From assembly GCF_006345805.1 (NCBI RefSeq), contig NC_043021.1, positions 14,384,001 to 14,448,000 of the forward strand: 64,000 bases of DNA. The letters run 5' to 3'. The notes under the pieces are model-generated. The model saw nothing but the letters and a program-made list of their open reading frames with translations. It did no database searches and was not told the DNA's origin. Shown here one piece after another: positions 27,188 to 40,582 of the stretch (within the stretch, counting starts at the first letter, position 1; every line of letters begins with the position of its first letter). Origin of the DNA: Octopus sinensis. Its lineage: Eukaryota. The translations under genes and the position numbers were made by a program.

Positions 27188-28040
27188 ATATACACTCACA
27201 CAAATATATACAACGGGCTTCTTTCAGTTTCCATCTACCAAATACACTCACAAGGCTTTGGTCGACCCAAGACTGTAGTAGAAGACACTTGCCCAAGGTG
27301 TCACACAGTGGGACTGAACCTGAAACCATGTGGCTGGGAAGTAAGTTTTTTACGACACAATAGATTTAGTTAACTTCATTCATTATTTCATTTACAATTG
27401 TTTCATCAACTTCAGTAAAGCAAATCTTGCATCATGCCATTGCCCTGTTAACAGCTACTGGTTTATTTCCATGATGTATGGGAAGCTTTCATGACAGGTC
27501 ATGCTGAAGTCAATTCTTTTGAACACCACAAAAATCAATAAACCATTTAATCCATCTGAAGTCACATACACCCTTTTAAGGCAATCATGAATAGGCAGTT
27601 ATAATTAAACAAGGTATAAGTAGGAAGAGATTTACAATAAAAGGCGGAGGAGCAGGAAGAATTTGACAAGATATTTAGTCCCATATCACACTGACAGTCC
27701 AACACACCAATACGGGTTGTATATAGTACTGCCCAGTTGTCTCTCATAAGTTTTAATTGAGGAGTGGTTAGTTTTTACAGTTCCCTGTTTTGAGGTTTTT
27801 ACAGGAATTACAATTTACCTTGGATACAGACATGCTGCCTAGATGTCAAAAGTTAAGTTTTCTATTGAGACAGGTTATTTAGATAAGTTATTACAATAAA
27901 ATACTAGTTTACCCATCCATAAGTCTATACACATGAACCTATGTAAGATATTCCATGTAAATATATTGATTCCTGAGCAAGTTGACATTCACACTAAACA
28001 GTTATATATATATATAGGGGTATAGCTATAGGGGTATAGC

Positions 28041-28075
<35 letters not shown>

Positions 28076-28099
28076 GGGGTATAGGGTATAAGGGGGTAT

Positions 28100-31039
28100 A
28101 GCTACACATGGGGTAGAAGACAACTGGACGTTTCTGAGGGACAACCTGCTGAAAGCCGCTGACCAGATCTGTGGCTGGTGCAAAGTCCCCTTAAGACCCA
28201 AAATAACGTGGTGGTGGAACAATATTGTTGACAGGGCTATTAGACAAAAGAAACAGGCTTGGAAGGCCTGGAAGAACGGTGGTAGCAGGAAGGGTATCAG
28301 ACTGCCAGAAGGGAAGCTAGGAGACAGGTCTATCTAGCCAGGGGAGCAGATAAGAGAAAATTTGCCAATGTCCTGCGCCGTGAGGATGAAAGACTTGAGG
28401 TATTTCGTGTTGCAAGACAGTGGTGAGAGAGAATCGTGATGTGGTAGGAGAGAAATGTGTTCGCATGGAGGATGATTCACTTGCGCTAAATGAGGATGCA
28501 AAGAGAGAAGCTTGGAGACGCCCCTATGAAAGGTTACTGAATGAGGAAAATGAATGGGATAAAGAGAGTCTGCTGCCGATGTTGACCCTACAGAGGGACC
28601 AGCTATCCGAGTTGATAGTTCCGTGGTAGCTAAGGCAATTAGAAGCATGAAGACAGGGAAGCCCCAGGCCATCATGAATTACTGCAGAGATGCTCAAAAT
28701 ATCTGGCAGTGTCGGCTATAACCTAGTCACCCGTATAGTCAACCAGGTGATACACGAAGGAGTCATACCCAATGACTGGTGCAGCAGCATACTAGTCAAC
28801 TGCTACAAAGGTAAAGGTGATGCCCTATACAAATAATACAGAGGTATCAAGCTGTTGGATCAAGTAATGAAGGTTACGGAGAGGGTCATAGCCCAACTAA
28901 TCAGAGAGAGTTAGTTTAGATGAGATGCAGTTTGGGTTCGTGCCAGGAAAAAGTACCACTGATGCTATATTCCTGGTAAGGCAGCTGCAGGAGAAATACC
29001 TAGCCAAAGATAAGCCCCTGTACCTGGCTTTCGTTGACATGGAGAAAGCTTTTGATAGGGTCCCCCGATCCCTTATCTGGTGGTCAATGAGGAAACTAGG
29101 GATAGATGAATGGCTGGTGAGAGACTGTGCAAGCCATGTACAGAGATGCCGTAAGTAAGGTTAGGGTTGCAACATGTACACAGAGAATTCAAAGTAGAGG
29201 TTGGGGTCCACCAGGTTCAGTACTCAGCCCCCTCCTATTTATCATAGTACTCCAGGCAATTACGGAGGAATTCAAGACAGGCTGGTCCTGGGAGCTCCTC
29301 TACGCTGACGACCTTGCTCTTATTGCTGAGTCACTATCAGAACTGGAGGAGAAGTTCCAGGTGTGGAAGGAGGGTTTAGAATCAAGGGGCCTTAGAGTCA
29401 ACCTAGCTAAAACCAAAGTACTAATAAGTAGAAAGGTAGACAATCCACAAATATCTTCAGGAAGATGGCCCTGCTCGATCTGTAGAAAAGGTGTAGGTAG
29501 AAACTCTATAAGATGTACCCAGTGTAAGCTATGGACACATAAGAGGTGCAGCAATGTCAAAGGTAGGCTAACTGGGAAGATAGTTTTTGTATGTGGCAGA
29601 TGCTCGGGAGCATTAACCTCCGAAAATCTGCAGAAAACAACTTCCGTCACTTTCCAGGGGGAAAAACTAGAAGTAGTTGATAGCTTCCGTTATCTAGGTG
29701 ACCAAGTCAGTAGTGGGGGTGGGTGCGCTGAAAGTGTAACTGCTAGAATAAGAATAGCCTGGGCAAAGTTTAGGGAGCTCTTACCTCTGCTGGTGACTAA
29801 AGGCCTCTCGCTCAGAGTAAAGGGCAGACTGTATGATGCGTGTGTACGAACAGCCATGCTACATGGCAGCGAAACATGGGCTGTGACTGCTGAGGACATG
29901 CGTAAGCTCGTGAGGAATGAAGCCAGTATGCTCCGATGGATGTGTAATGTCAGTGTACATACTCGACAGAGCGTTAGCACCTTGAGAGAAATGTTGTACC
30001 TAAGAAGCATCAGTTGTGGTGTGCAAGAGAGACGATTGCGCTGGTATGGTCATGTGGCGAGAATGGATGAAGATAGGTGTGTGAGAAAGTGCCAATCCCT
30101 AGCAGTTGAGGGAACCCGTGGAAGAGGTAGACCCAGGAAAACCTGGGACGAGGTGGTGAAGCACGACCTTCGAACTTTAGGCCTCACTGAGGAAATGACC
30201 AGAGACCGAGACCTTTGGAATATTCTGTACGTGAGAAGACCAGGCAGGACAAGTGAGCCCAGCCCACTTATGATATGCCTTTCCTCCCTTGGACACAAAG
30301 ACCGTTTGAGGCAAGCGAAGTCGATATAGAACCTCATCCGACGACAGACACCCATCCCAACCCCCATGCTGCGAAGACTGTTGGGGCAAGCGAAATCGAA
30401 ACCGAGAACACCAGGATCCCTGGCCTGGTGGTACGTAAAAAGCACTATCCGACTCGGCCGGGCATAAAATACTCCAATGCGACCGTACGACAGGCACCAT
30501 GCCACCCCCTTGCTTGTGAAGACATGTTGGGCAGCGAAATCGAAATCGAATTGAACCAGCCAGGATCCCTGGTCTGGTGGTACGTAAAAAGCACTATCCG
30601 ACTCGTGCTGTGGCACGTAACCTACTCCAATGCGACCGTACGACAGGCACCCTTGCCAACCCCCTGTGCTTGTGACATGTTGGGGCAAGCGAAATCGAAA
30701 TCGAATTGAACCGCCAGGATCCCTGGTCTGGTGGTACGTAAAAAGCACTATCCGACTCGTGCCGATGCCAGCACCGCCTCGACTGGCTTCCGTGCCGGTG
30801 GCACATAAAATACACCAATCTGACCGTGGCCGTTGCCAGCCCCGCCTGGCACCTGTGCAGGTGCACGTAAAAGCCCCACTACACTCACGGTGGTTGGCGT
30901 TAGGAAGGGCATCCAGCTGTAGAAACATTGCCAAATTAGACTGGAGCCTGGTGCAGCCTTCTGGCTTCCCAGAACCCCGGTCGAACCGTCCAACCCATGC
31001 TAGCATGGAGAACGGACGTTAAACGACGATGATGATGAT
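28100..31039 (+). mobile_element. 5'-truncated RTE-clade LINE: RT, Cys/His finger insert, repetitive 3' UTR, (GAT)n tail
   Basis: QFGFVPGKSTTDAIF, FVDMEKAFDRV, GSVLSPLLF, YADD, FRYLG, RLRWYGHVARM, RGRGRPRKTW; several frameshifts. Confidence 0.95.
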
Positions 31040-31376
31040 ACGTGAAGCATATTTGTCACTTAAATGTGGTTAACCCTTAAGGGTGGATGCTACTGTTGCT
31101 TGTAGCCCTAGGAGGACACATCCAGCTGGCTATTGACACACTTTCTGTGCCCTATCAGTATTTGCAAGGGGAAGCCATCCTTCCCATCTTCAATCTGACA
31201 TGATACACGCAACAGTAGCATCCACCCTTAGGGGTTAGCCACATTTAAGTGGCAAATATGCTTCACGTTGTCATGCAGCTACTGTTTATACCTAGCTCAG
31301 AGATTTATTATACATACATAATACATACATCATACATATATATATATATATATATTATATTATATATATATATATC

Positions 31377-31411
<35 letters not shown>

Positions 31412-31428
31412 TATATGTATGTTGTATG

Positions 31429-31459
<31 letters not shown>

Positions 31460-31575
31460 GTATATATATGTATGTATGTATATATATGTTATATGTTGTA
31501 TGTATATGTATGTATGTATATATGTATGTATATATATTTACGTATATGTATGTATATATATATGTATGTATATAT

Positions 31576-31625
<50 letters not shown>

Positions 31626-31710
31626 ATATATATATATACATACATATATATATATACATACATATATATATATACATACATATATATATATTACATACAT
31701 ATATATATAT

Positions 31711-31741
<31 letters not shown>

Positions 31742-31834
31742 CATACATATATATATATATATACATACACATTATATATATATACATACATATATATATA
31801 TATATATACATACATATATATATATACATTATAC

Positions 31835-31926
<92 letters not shown>

Positions 31927-33047
31927 CTGTATTTTATGATGGTCATTTTTAGATATTTGTTCTCACTCATTCATTACTGTTCTTATTCTAACTCGTGTCC
32001 ACTGTCCAGAAATCTTTTATTACACATCTGTGACCTCCTCATTTTCTGTCTTCGTGCGTGCTCTTGCTCTGCTTATTCCATTCAGAATGGAATAAGCAGA
32101 GCAAGAGCACGCACGAAGATAGAAAGTGTTGATGAGGAGGTCACACATGTGTGACGAAAGATTTCTGGACAATGAGCATGAATTAGAATAAGAACAGTAA
32201 TGAATGGGTGAAGAACAAATATATTTTCTTTTCTTTTTTTCCTTTTTCTTGTTTCAATCATTTTGACTGCGGCCATGCTGGAGCACCGCCTTTAATCGAG
32301 CAACTCGACCCCGGGACTTATTCTTTTGTAAGCCCAGTACTTATTCTATCGGTCTCTTTTGCCGAACCTCTAAGTAATGGGGACATAAACACACCAGCAT
32401 CGGTTGTCAAACAATGCTAGGGGGACAAACACAGACACACACACATATATATATATACATATATACGACGGGCTTCTTTCAGTTTCCGTCTACCAAATCC
32501 ACTCACAAGGCTTTGGTCGGCCCGAGGCTATAGTAGAAGATACTTGCCCAAGGTGCCACGCAGTGGGACTGAACCCGGAACCATGTGGTTGGTAAGCAAG
32601 CTACTTACCACACAGCTACTCCTGCGCCTATATATATATAATGTATGTATTTATTTGGCAGAAAGAAAGAAAAACGACCATCCTGAAAGACAACAATATC
32701 TGTTTCAACACACGACTTCACATCAGGAATTTTACAACACAAATTCATAAATATACTGACACTCTTGCGAGTCAACTCGATACATACACCTATATATATA
32801 CACATGCACACAAACGCACATGTGTGTGTATATTCTCTTTACTCTTTTACTTGTTTCACTCATTTGACTGCGGCCATGCTGGAGCACCGCCTTTAATCGA
32901 GCAAATCGACCCCAGGACTTATTCTTTGTAAGCCCAGTACTTATTTTATCGGTCTCTTTTAGCCGAACCGCTAAGTGACGGGGACATAAACACACCAGCA
33001 TTGGTTGTCAAGTAATGCTAGGGGGACAAACAGAGACACACAAACAT

Positions 33048-33091
<44 letters not shown>

Positions 33092-34214
33092 GTATATATA
33101 TACATATATACGACGGGCTTCTTTCAGTTTCCGCCTACCAAATCCACTCACAAGGTTTTGGTCGACCCGAGGCTATAGTAGAAGACACTTGCCCAAGGTG
33201 CCACGCAGTGGGACTGAACCCAGAACCATGTGGTTGGTAAGCAAGCTACTTACCACACAGCCACACATATATATGAACATGTATATACACGTGTCTACAT
33301 ATGTATACAAACACGTACGTATATATTTATATGTATACATACACGTACGTATATATTATATAAGTGAACCTAAAAGTAGGGGCTATAGAAAACGGATGTT
33401 AAAACTTTAGGTAGAGAAGCGATACTGACAGGCTGTATGGGACTAGGAAGACGGAAGGAAGAGACCTCATACTATGCAAGATCTGTGTTGTCAACGAGAA
33501 CAGTCTGGGATGAGCTGGCAGGAACGTTAGCACGCCAAGCGAAATGTTTAGCAGCCGTTACGTTCTGAGTTCAAATTCCGCCGAGGTCGACTTTGCCTTT
33601 CATCCTTTCGGGGTCGATTAAATAAGTACCAGTTACGCACTAGGGTCTATGTAATCGACTTAATCCGTTTGTCTGTCCTTGTTTGTCCCCTCTGTGTTAA
33701 GCCCCTTGTGGGCAATAAAGAAATAAGAATCTACCAGAGCAAACAAGAGCGAGCGCTCTGAGAAGTAAAACAACAACGATGATGATGATGATGATAATAA
33801 TAATAATAATAATAACGACGATGACGACGACAAAATAACAATAATGCTATTAATTTGTAGTTGTCTCGAAATAGATATAGATTTGGTTCACATTGGAGTG
33901 TTTCCTCGACTCTTAAACTCACCACTCTTCACTTATAAACCTCATTGATTTCTGCTTTGTCTTTCACTGTTGTAATGGCACCGATTCCAACAGAAGAGAA
34001 CGAGGGTGGGTGGGAGGGTTGGCTGGGCGAGGATGTGTCAGAGGGGTGGGTCATTGCAGATATAAATAAGAGAGACTAAAATATATTAATTACACAATCA
34101 AATATATTAACCTAATTATATCACTTCTAGTCTTATTTCTTTTATAGCAGCAGATGAAACGTGTCCAAGTATACTAGTTGTAGTAGTTGTTGTTGTTGTT
34201 GTTATGTATTATTA

Positions 34215-34287
34215 GCAATTGTTGTTATCATAATAAAATAATAATAATAATAATAATAATATAATAATGATAACTATAATGATGATG

Positions 34288-34318
<31 letters not shown>

Positions 34319-34410
34319 CAATAATGATGATGATAATAATATAATAATAATAAAATGATAATGATAATATGATGATAATAATATTGATATAATATGATAA
34401 CAATAATATG

Positions 34411-34446
<36 letters not shown>

Positions 34447-34583
34447 ATAATAATAATATGATAATAATAATGATAACAATAATGATGATAATAATAATAA
34501 TAAAAAATAATATAATAAGATAATTATAATAATATAATATGATAATAATAATAATGATAATAATAATGATAACAATAATGATG

Positions 34584-34617
<34 letters not shown>

Positions 34618-34660
34618 TAATAATAATAATGATAATAATAATAATAATAATAATAATAGT
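34215..34660. repeat. (AAT)n/(GAT)n microsatellite
   Basis: Directly visible. Confidence 0.95.
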
Positions 34661-35056
34661 TGTAGTAGTGGTTTCTAGCACAAGTACAAGGCTAGGAATT
34701 TCGAGGTGGGGGAAACGTACCTTATCGATCCCACTACTAGGCCGTCGTTTTATCTGTATTGATCCCAGAAAGATGAAAGGCAAAGTTTGATGTGGCTGGA
34801 TTTGAACTCATAATCTAAAAAAGCTGTAATGAACACCGCAAACTGAATGGTGCCTGCTCCATTGCCCCAGTTAAACACATTAAGAAGGAAAACAACAAAA
34901 ACATAAATAATTGTAATTTTAATTTAATTATGAGTTTTGTCCTTTGCCTGTCCTAAGCATTTTCATAATTTTGTCCTAAACGTCCGCGTTTACATTATTT
35001 ATATTATTTACATTATTTACATTTGATGGATATTTACCCTCATCTTGTTTGTTGTT

Positions 35057-35102
35057 AACATAACGTTTCAGCTGATATACCCTCCAGCCTTCATCAGGTG
35101 TC
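35057..35102 (-). ncRNA. Minimal hammerhead ribozyme motif in a Penelope-like terminal repeat
   Basis: Reverse complement reads gacac-CTGATGA-a-ggctg-gagggtatat-cagct-GAAA-cg-TT-atgtt. Confidence 0.6.
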
Positions 35103-35283
35103 TTGGGGAAAATTTCGAACCTGGGTTCTCATTCCTAGGGTATTTTTCGATGTTGTTGTTGTTGTTATTATTATTCAGGTCACTGCCTGGAATCGAACTC
35201 GGAATCTTGGGGTTAGTAGCCCGTGCTCTTAACCACTACGGCATATGCCGTGGGATGAGAACCTAGGTTCAAAATTTCCCCAA

Positions 35284-35329
35284 GACACTTGATGAAGGCT
35301 CGAGGGTATATCACCCGAAACGTTGTGTT
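35284..35329 (+). ncRNA. Degenerate inverted sister hammerhead copy
   Basis: gacac-tTGATGA-aggctc...cacccGAAAcgTT-gtgtt; core C mutated, stem I intact. Confidence 0.45.
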
Positions 35330-35539
35330 AACAACAAACAAGATGAGGAGAAATATCCGTCAAATGTAAATAATGTGCATAATTCCTCATGTCTTAGATA
35401 TAGAACTGAACGCCCGTGTTTGTTTTCAGATTTTTAGTTTGCTCTTGTTTCATATGTTCTGAGTAATACTAATATAAAGGTTTTCTTTCATAAATCCCTA
35501 ATTACTTTGGTGGTTGAAAACAATCTGGGAATGTGAATT

Positions 35540-35790
35540 AATGGGTTGTCCGGAAAGTTCGTGCCGATTTTTAAAGGAAAGAAAAAGATCAATAAATACT
35601 TGCTATTACATTTTTAATCAACCAAATATGAACCATTTTGTTGCACAATGCGTCTTCACCTTTCCTTTAACTTGAAAATACCCTCTTCCCAGAATTGAGG
35701 TGGTTTCGTGGCAAAGAATTCATCAAGGTATCTTTTTACGTCATCCAAGGAATTGAAATTTTTACCATTAAGACTATTCTGCAGAGACCT
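35540..35790 (-). mobile_element. Mariner transposon 3' end, cut by the assembly gap
   Basis: RSLQNSLNGKNFNSLDDVKRYLDEFFATKPPQFWEEGIFKLKER*RRIVQQNGSYLVD*, then a TIR-like end at TA. Confidence 0.85.
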
Positions 35791-35890
35791 NNNNNNNNNN
35801 NNNNNNNNNNNNNNNNNNNNNNNNNNNNNNNNNNNNNNNNNNNNNNNNNNNNNNNNNNNNNNNNNNNNNNNNNNNNNNNNNNNNNNNNNN
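35791..35890. other. Assembly gap (100 N)
   Basis: Run of n. Confidence 1.
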
Positions 35891-36148
35891 TAGATAGATA
35901 GATAATAGATAGATGATAGATAGATAGATAGAGGATAGATAGATAGATAGATAGATAGGTATGTATCGCGTATTCTTACCCAAGATAAAGACGAGTACCA
36001 CCGATCCAGTGTGGTAAGCTTGATAATTGCAGATAATTCTATTCATGAAACCATTGGTAGCCTTATCAACTCACAAAATAAAAGTACATTTATCCACTAA
36101 TGCAGCGTTGAGCACTCATTCTCACAGTTCGATATTAGCGCGTATATA

Positions 36149-36187
<39 letters not shown>

Positions 36188-36199
36188 TATATATAACTT

Positions 36200-36795
36200 A
36201 TATATGTTCGACCAAAGATTGGTCCAGGCCATGTCTAACTAATAGCACCACCTGATAGGATTATTCGAATCCCTGTTTAAGTCAAGTTTTTGTTCAAGTA
36301 GTGAGTTCTTGTTGGGTGAGTTTGTATCCATTATGGGTGGCTTATCTGGTATTCTTTGAAGGAATCTATCCAAACTCGTTTAAAGTTGATGGGATCCTTT
36401 TTCCTCTTTAATCTCCCTCGGACAATGTTAAATAGGCAGGCCTGTTGAGGAAAAGAAATTATGTTGCAGTGTACCTGTATGTTGTGATCTTGAATTGGGC
36501 AGGGGACGTATGGCCCGTGGTCCCAGTCTTGGATGAACCTTGAAGCTAATGTTAAGGTCGTTTGGGCAAAGTTGGAGGTATATTCTCCACATCGTACAAT
36601 GAAGTACCGCTCACGGCGACGCTTGAGGGAGTAAAGTTTCAAGGCTTTAAGGCGATCCCATAATCAAGAACAGCCATGCCTTCAATTCGTTTAGTGAGTG
36701 CCCTCTGGGTGACTCAATCCTGGAGATGTTTTGTCTTGTATGGGGGAGACCACAGTGGGCAGCAGTATTCAAGGTGTGGCCGTACAAAGGAGGAG
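36200..36795 (-). mobile_element. CR1/L2-like LINE 3' fragment
   Basis: SFVRPHLEYCCPLWSP and LYSLKRRRERY motifs, frameshifted. Confidence 0.75.
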
Positions 36796-37032
36796 AATAT
36801 TATATAGATATAATATAGATATATATATAATATAATATATATATATAATATATATTACATATAATTAGATATATATACAATGCATATATATATATATAAT
36901 ATATATATATATATAATATATATTATCTATATATCTATAAGGTTAATCCAAACGGGAAAACCAGAAAAACAACACGTGGAACAATTACAGTATTATTATT
37001 ATTAGGCGCTCAGGAAAATGGAGAAGAGGGTA

Positions 37033-37065
<33 letters not shown>

Positions 37066-37597
37066 TATATATATATATATGTGGTGTGTGTGTGTGTGTG
37101 TGGTGTGTTGTGTGTGTGTGTGTGTGTGTGTTTGTATGGATGCATATATTGGTACAGGACGTCACCAACGATGAAAATAACATGAAATACGTAAACAACG
37201 AGAGGAAAAGAGGATAAGTTAACACAGAAAAAGGACCCTTCATTAGTTGTCGGCTGTCTATCTGCTCCTCATTTCGAGCATTTAACGACATATATATAGT
37301 AGTGATTTTAATAATAAATAAATAATAAATGCGCCCTTTTCAAGCCTAGCCAGGCTCATGGGACCGGTTTCCCAGTTTCAATGGCGTATGTGTTCCCCAG
37401 CTGGACGGGACGTCAATCCATTGCAGCGTTACTAATTTTTGCCAGCTGAGTGGACTGGAGCAACGTGAAATGAAGTGTTTTGATTAACAACACAACGCGT
37501 CGCCCGGTCCAGGAATCGAAACCACAATCTTACGATCATGATGCTGACACCCTAACCACTAAGCCACGCGCCTCCATATGTTTAATAATAATGATAA

Positions 37598-38030
37598 TAA
37601 TGATCCTTTCTACTAAAGGCACAAGGCCTGAAATTTCAAGGGTTGATGCTTACATCGACCCCGGTGTCTATCTGGCACTTTTGTTATCGACCCCGAAAGG
37701 ATGAAAGGTGAAGTCGACCTCAGTGGAATTCGAACTGATAACGTAAAAACGGACGAAATGCTGTTAAGCACCTTGTCCAGCGTGCTAACGCTTCAGCCAG
37801 GCGTACAATCCTCTAATAATCCTTTCTACTAAAGGCACAAGACCTGAAATTTCAAGGGTTGGTGCTTACATCGACCCCAGTGTCCAACTGGCACTTATGT
37901 TCTCGACCCCGAAAGGATGAAAGTGAAGTCGACCTCAGTGGAATTCGAACTCATAACGTAAAAACGGACGAAATGCTGTGAAGCACCTTGCCCAGCGTGC
38001 TAACGCTTCTGCCAGGCGTACAGTCCTCCA
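37598..38030 (-). repeat. Tandem duplication (~215 bp) of a SINE B copy
   Basis: atcctttctactaaaggcacaag...gcgtaca.tcctc occurs twice in a row. Confidence 0.85.
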
Positions 38031-38582
38031 TGGCAGCTAATTTTTTCTCAGTCATAACTTTGACCTTTATGCTTTCCAACACTGTTGGCCTATTTACCAA
38101 AACAGCAAACAGTTCCTGAGAAAAGGAGACATAAAAACATCGTGAAATTTATCCCGAACGCCCTGTTGGTATATGTTGTTGATGCCATAAGAATTTAGAA
38201 ACTTCAAGAGAGCACGACATAATTTTTTTTTTTTAACCCAATATTCACGCGCTAATATTTAATTTGGAAACTTCCAGAGAGCATGATATAATTCTTTTTT
38301 TTAACCCAATATTCACACGCTAATATTTATAGTTTTATCTGCTTCGAGTGCTTTCGTTCCAAAAAAAAAAAAAGAATCATTTCATGTTCTCTTGGAATTT
38401 TTAAGTTTCTTATGACGTCATCCATATACAATTCTCGAAGGTACGAATAAAGATTCGAAGGATTTTCCTTGGTCCCAAGGTATAACGTCTATCACATTTA
38501 AGACGTGAGTTCGTATCTCACGAACAGCCTTCGTCTTATTCTGCCCAAGGGATTTTCTTAACGCAATGTTTACACGCTATTA

Positions 38583-39350
38583 AGGCGGCGAGCTGGCAGA
38601 AAGGTTAGCACTCCGTCGAAATGCTTAGCGGTATTACGTCTGTCTTTACGTTCTGGGTTCAAATTCCGCCGAGGTCGACTTTGCCTTTCATCCTTTCGGG
38701 GTCGATAAATTAAGTACAAGTTACGTACTAGGATCGATCTAATCGGCTTAATCCCTTTGTCTGCCCTTGTTTGTCCCCTCTATGTTTAGCCCCTTGTGGG
38801 CAATAAAGAAATAAGAAACGTTAGCACGCCGGGCGAAATGATTAGCGGTATTACGTCTGCCGTTACGCTCGAGTTCAAATTCCGCCGAGGTCGACTTTGC
38901 CTTTCATCCTTTCGGGGTAGATAAATTAAGTACCAGTTACGCACTGGGGTTGATATAATCGACTTAATCCGTCTGTCTGTCCTTGTTTGTCTCCTCTGTG
39001 TTTAGCCCCTTGTGGGTAATAATGAAATAGAAATAGGTATTTCGTCTGGCACTACGTTCTGAGTTCAAATTTCAGCTTGGTCGACTTTGCCTTTCATCCT
39101 TTCGGGGTCGATTAAATAAGTACCAGTTACACACTGGGGGTCGATGTAATCGACTTAATTCGTTTGTCTGTCCTTGTTTGTCCTCTCTGTGTTTAGCCCC
39201 TTATGGGTGGTAAAGAAATGGGTATTTCATCTGTCTTTACGTTCTTAGTTCAAATTTCAGCGAGGTCGACTTTGCCTTTCATCCTTTCGGGGTCGATAAA
39301 TTAAGTACCAGTTACGCACTGGGGTCGATATAATTGACTGGTATCTCCTC
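38583..39350 (+). mobile_element. Four head-to-tail copies of SINE family B (many other copies in the window)
   Basis: gttcaaattccgccgaggtcgactttgcctttcatcctttcggggtcgataaa recurs near 38658, 38873, 39063 and 39248. Confidence 0.85.
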
Positions 39351-40116
39351 CCCCAAAATAGGGTACGATAAAGAAGATAACACAGTTGACATGTGTATAT
39401 TTCTTTATTGTCCACAGGGGGCTAAACACAGAGGGGACAAACGAAGGGATTAAGTCGATTACATCGACCCCAGTGCATAACTAGTATCATTTTTTTTAAG
39501 ATTCCAACAGCTAAATTCCACTCACCGTATAGGTCAGCGCCAGACCCGGATCTAGACATAGTGGGGCCCTTAAGCCAATAGGTTTTAGGGGACACCTACG
39601 ATTTTGTTAATTCAAAACAATTAAAAGCATAAGAAGGCTCCATTCAGACTTATTTAAGTGGCCTAAAGGGTTGTCCAGCACCAAAATTTAAAAGGGCCTT
39701 TGTAGATTCGGAGAGGCTCAGACAAATTTAATGGTCCTTTTCTGAATCTGAAGGGAGCAAAAAATCAAAAGAGGACGCAATAATTAAAAACAAACATCCA
39801 CACAATTTTTAAAAATTAAATAAGTAAAAAAAATAGTAAATATTTTATTTGATTGCCGTAAATATATTTAAAACAATTTTTAACATCAAGCTTGAAGATT
39901 CTCTGAGTTAACTGGCCCCACTACACACACACACAATGCCTGTGGGCCGCCCCTAGGCCATGGCTGTATTGTCCCAGGTATAAATCCGGCCCAGGTCAAC
40001 CCGTGGCTCTGATAAAGAGCACATACTAAAAGTTTTCTAGTGATGTATCGAACCAAGTGGTTGCGTTGCGATCTCCCAATCACACAAATCAGTGAGGAAG
40101 CCGCTGTCATGCACCT

Positions 40117-40582
40117 CAGGAATCCCCAACCGCCGGGCCGCAGATAATTTGATATGGGGCCGCACAGAAACAATAAATTTTAAATTTTATTGACTATCAC
40201 AATCACTAATGTTCTTTCTGCTTTAAATAAGTTTTATATCTCTTGCGTTTTACTTGCTTAAGTCATTAGAGTGCGGCCATGCTGGGGCACCGCCTTGAAG
40301 AATGTTTAGCTGAATAAATCGCCACCAGTATTAGTTATTTTCCTTTTAAGACTGGTATTTATTCTATCGCTCTCTTTTGCCGAGCCGCTACGTTGCGGGG
40401 ACGTAAACAAACCAACACCGGCACCATGTGGTTGAGAAGCAAACCTCTTGTCATAACAGCCGCGCTATGTTATTATTAAATTATGTAATATACATTTTAA
40501 TGTGTTTTGTTAAACGCATGATCCTTCGGACCGTGTTGCATGAAACCGACCCATGGTGCAAAAAATCGTTTGGGACCCGCTG
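40117..40582. mobile_element. hAT-like MITE interrupted by a SINE fragment
   Basis: Ends caggaatccccaacc...gggccgc and gtttgggacccgctg; SINE piece at about 40240-40460. Confidence 0.45.

Larger units (their letters stand above)
34990..35410. mobile_element. Penelope-like element remnant with inverted terminal repeats around a tRNA-like segment
   Basis: About 35015-35135 is the reverse complement of about 35252-35375; both arms carry hammerhead motifs; another fragment at 48905-48957. Confidence 0.6.

Noticed and set aside
30050-31006. 318-aa minus-strand ORF
   Set aside because: Antisense to the LINE C-terminus and 3' UTR, with no recognisable domain.
37215-37290. Permuted hammerhead on the minus strand
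   Set aside because: The core is mutated (ctaatga) and no stem III or cleavage triplet could be assigned.
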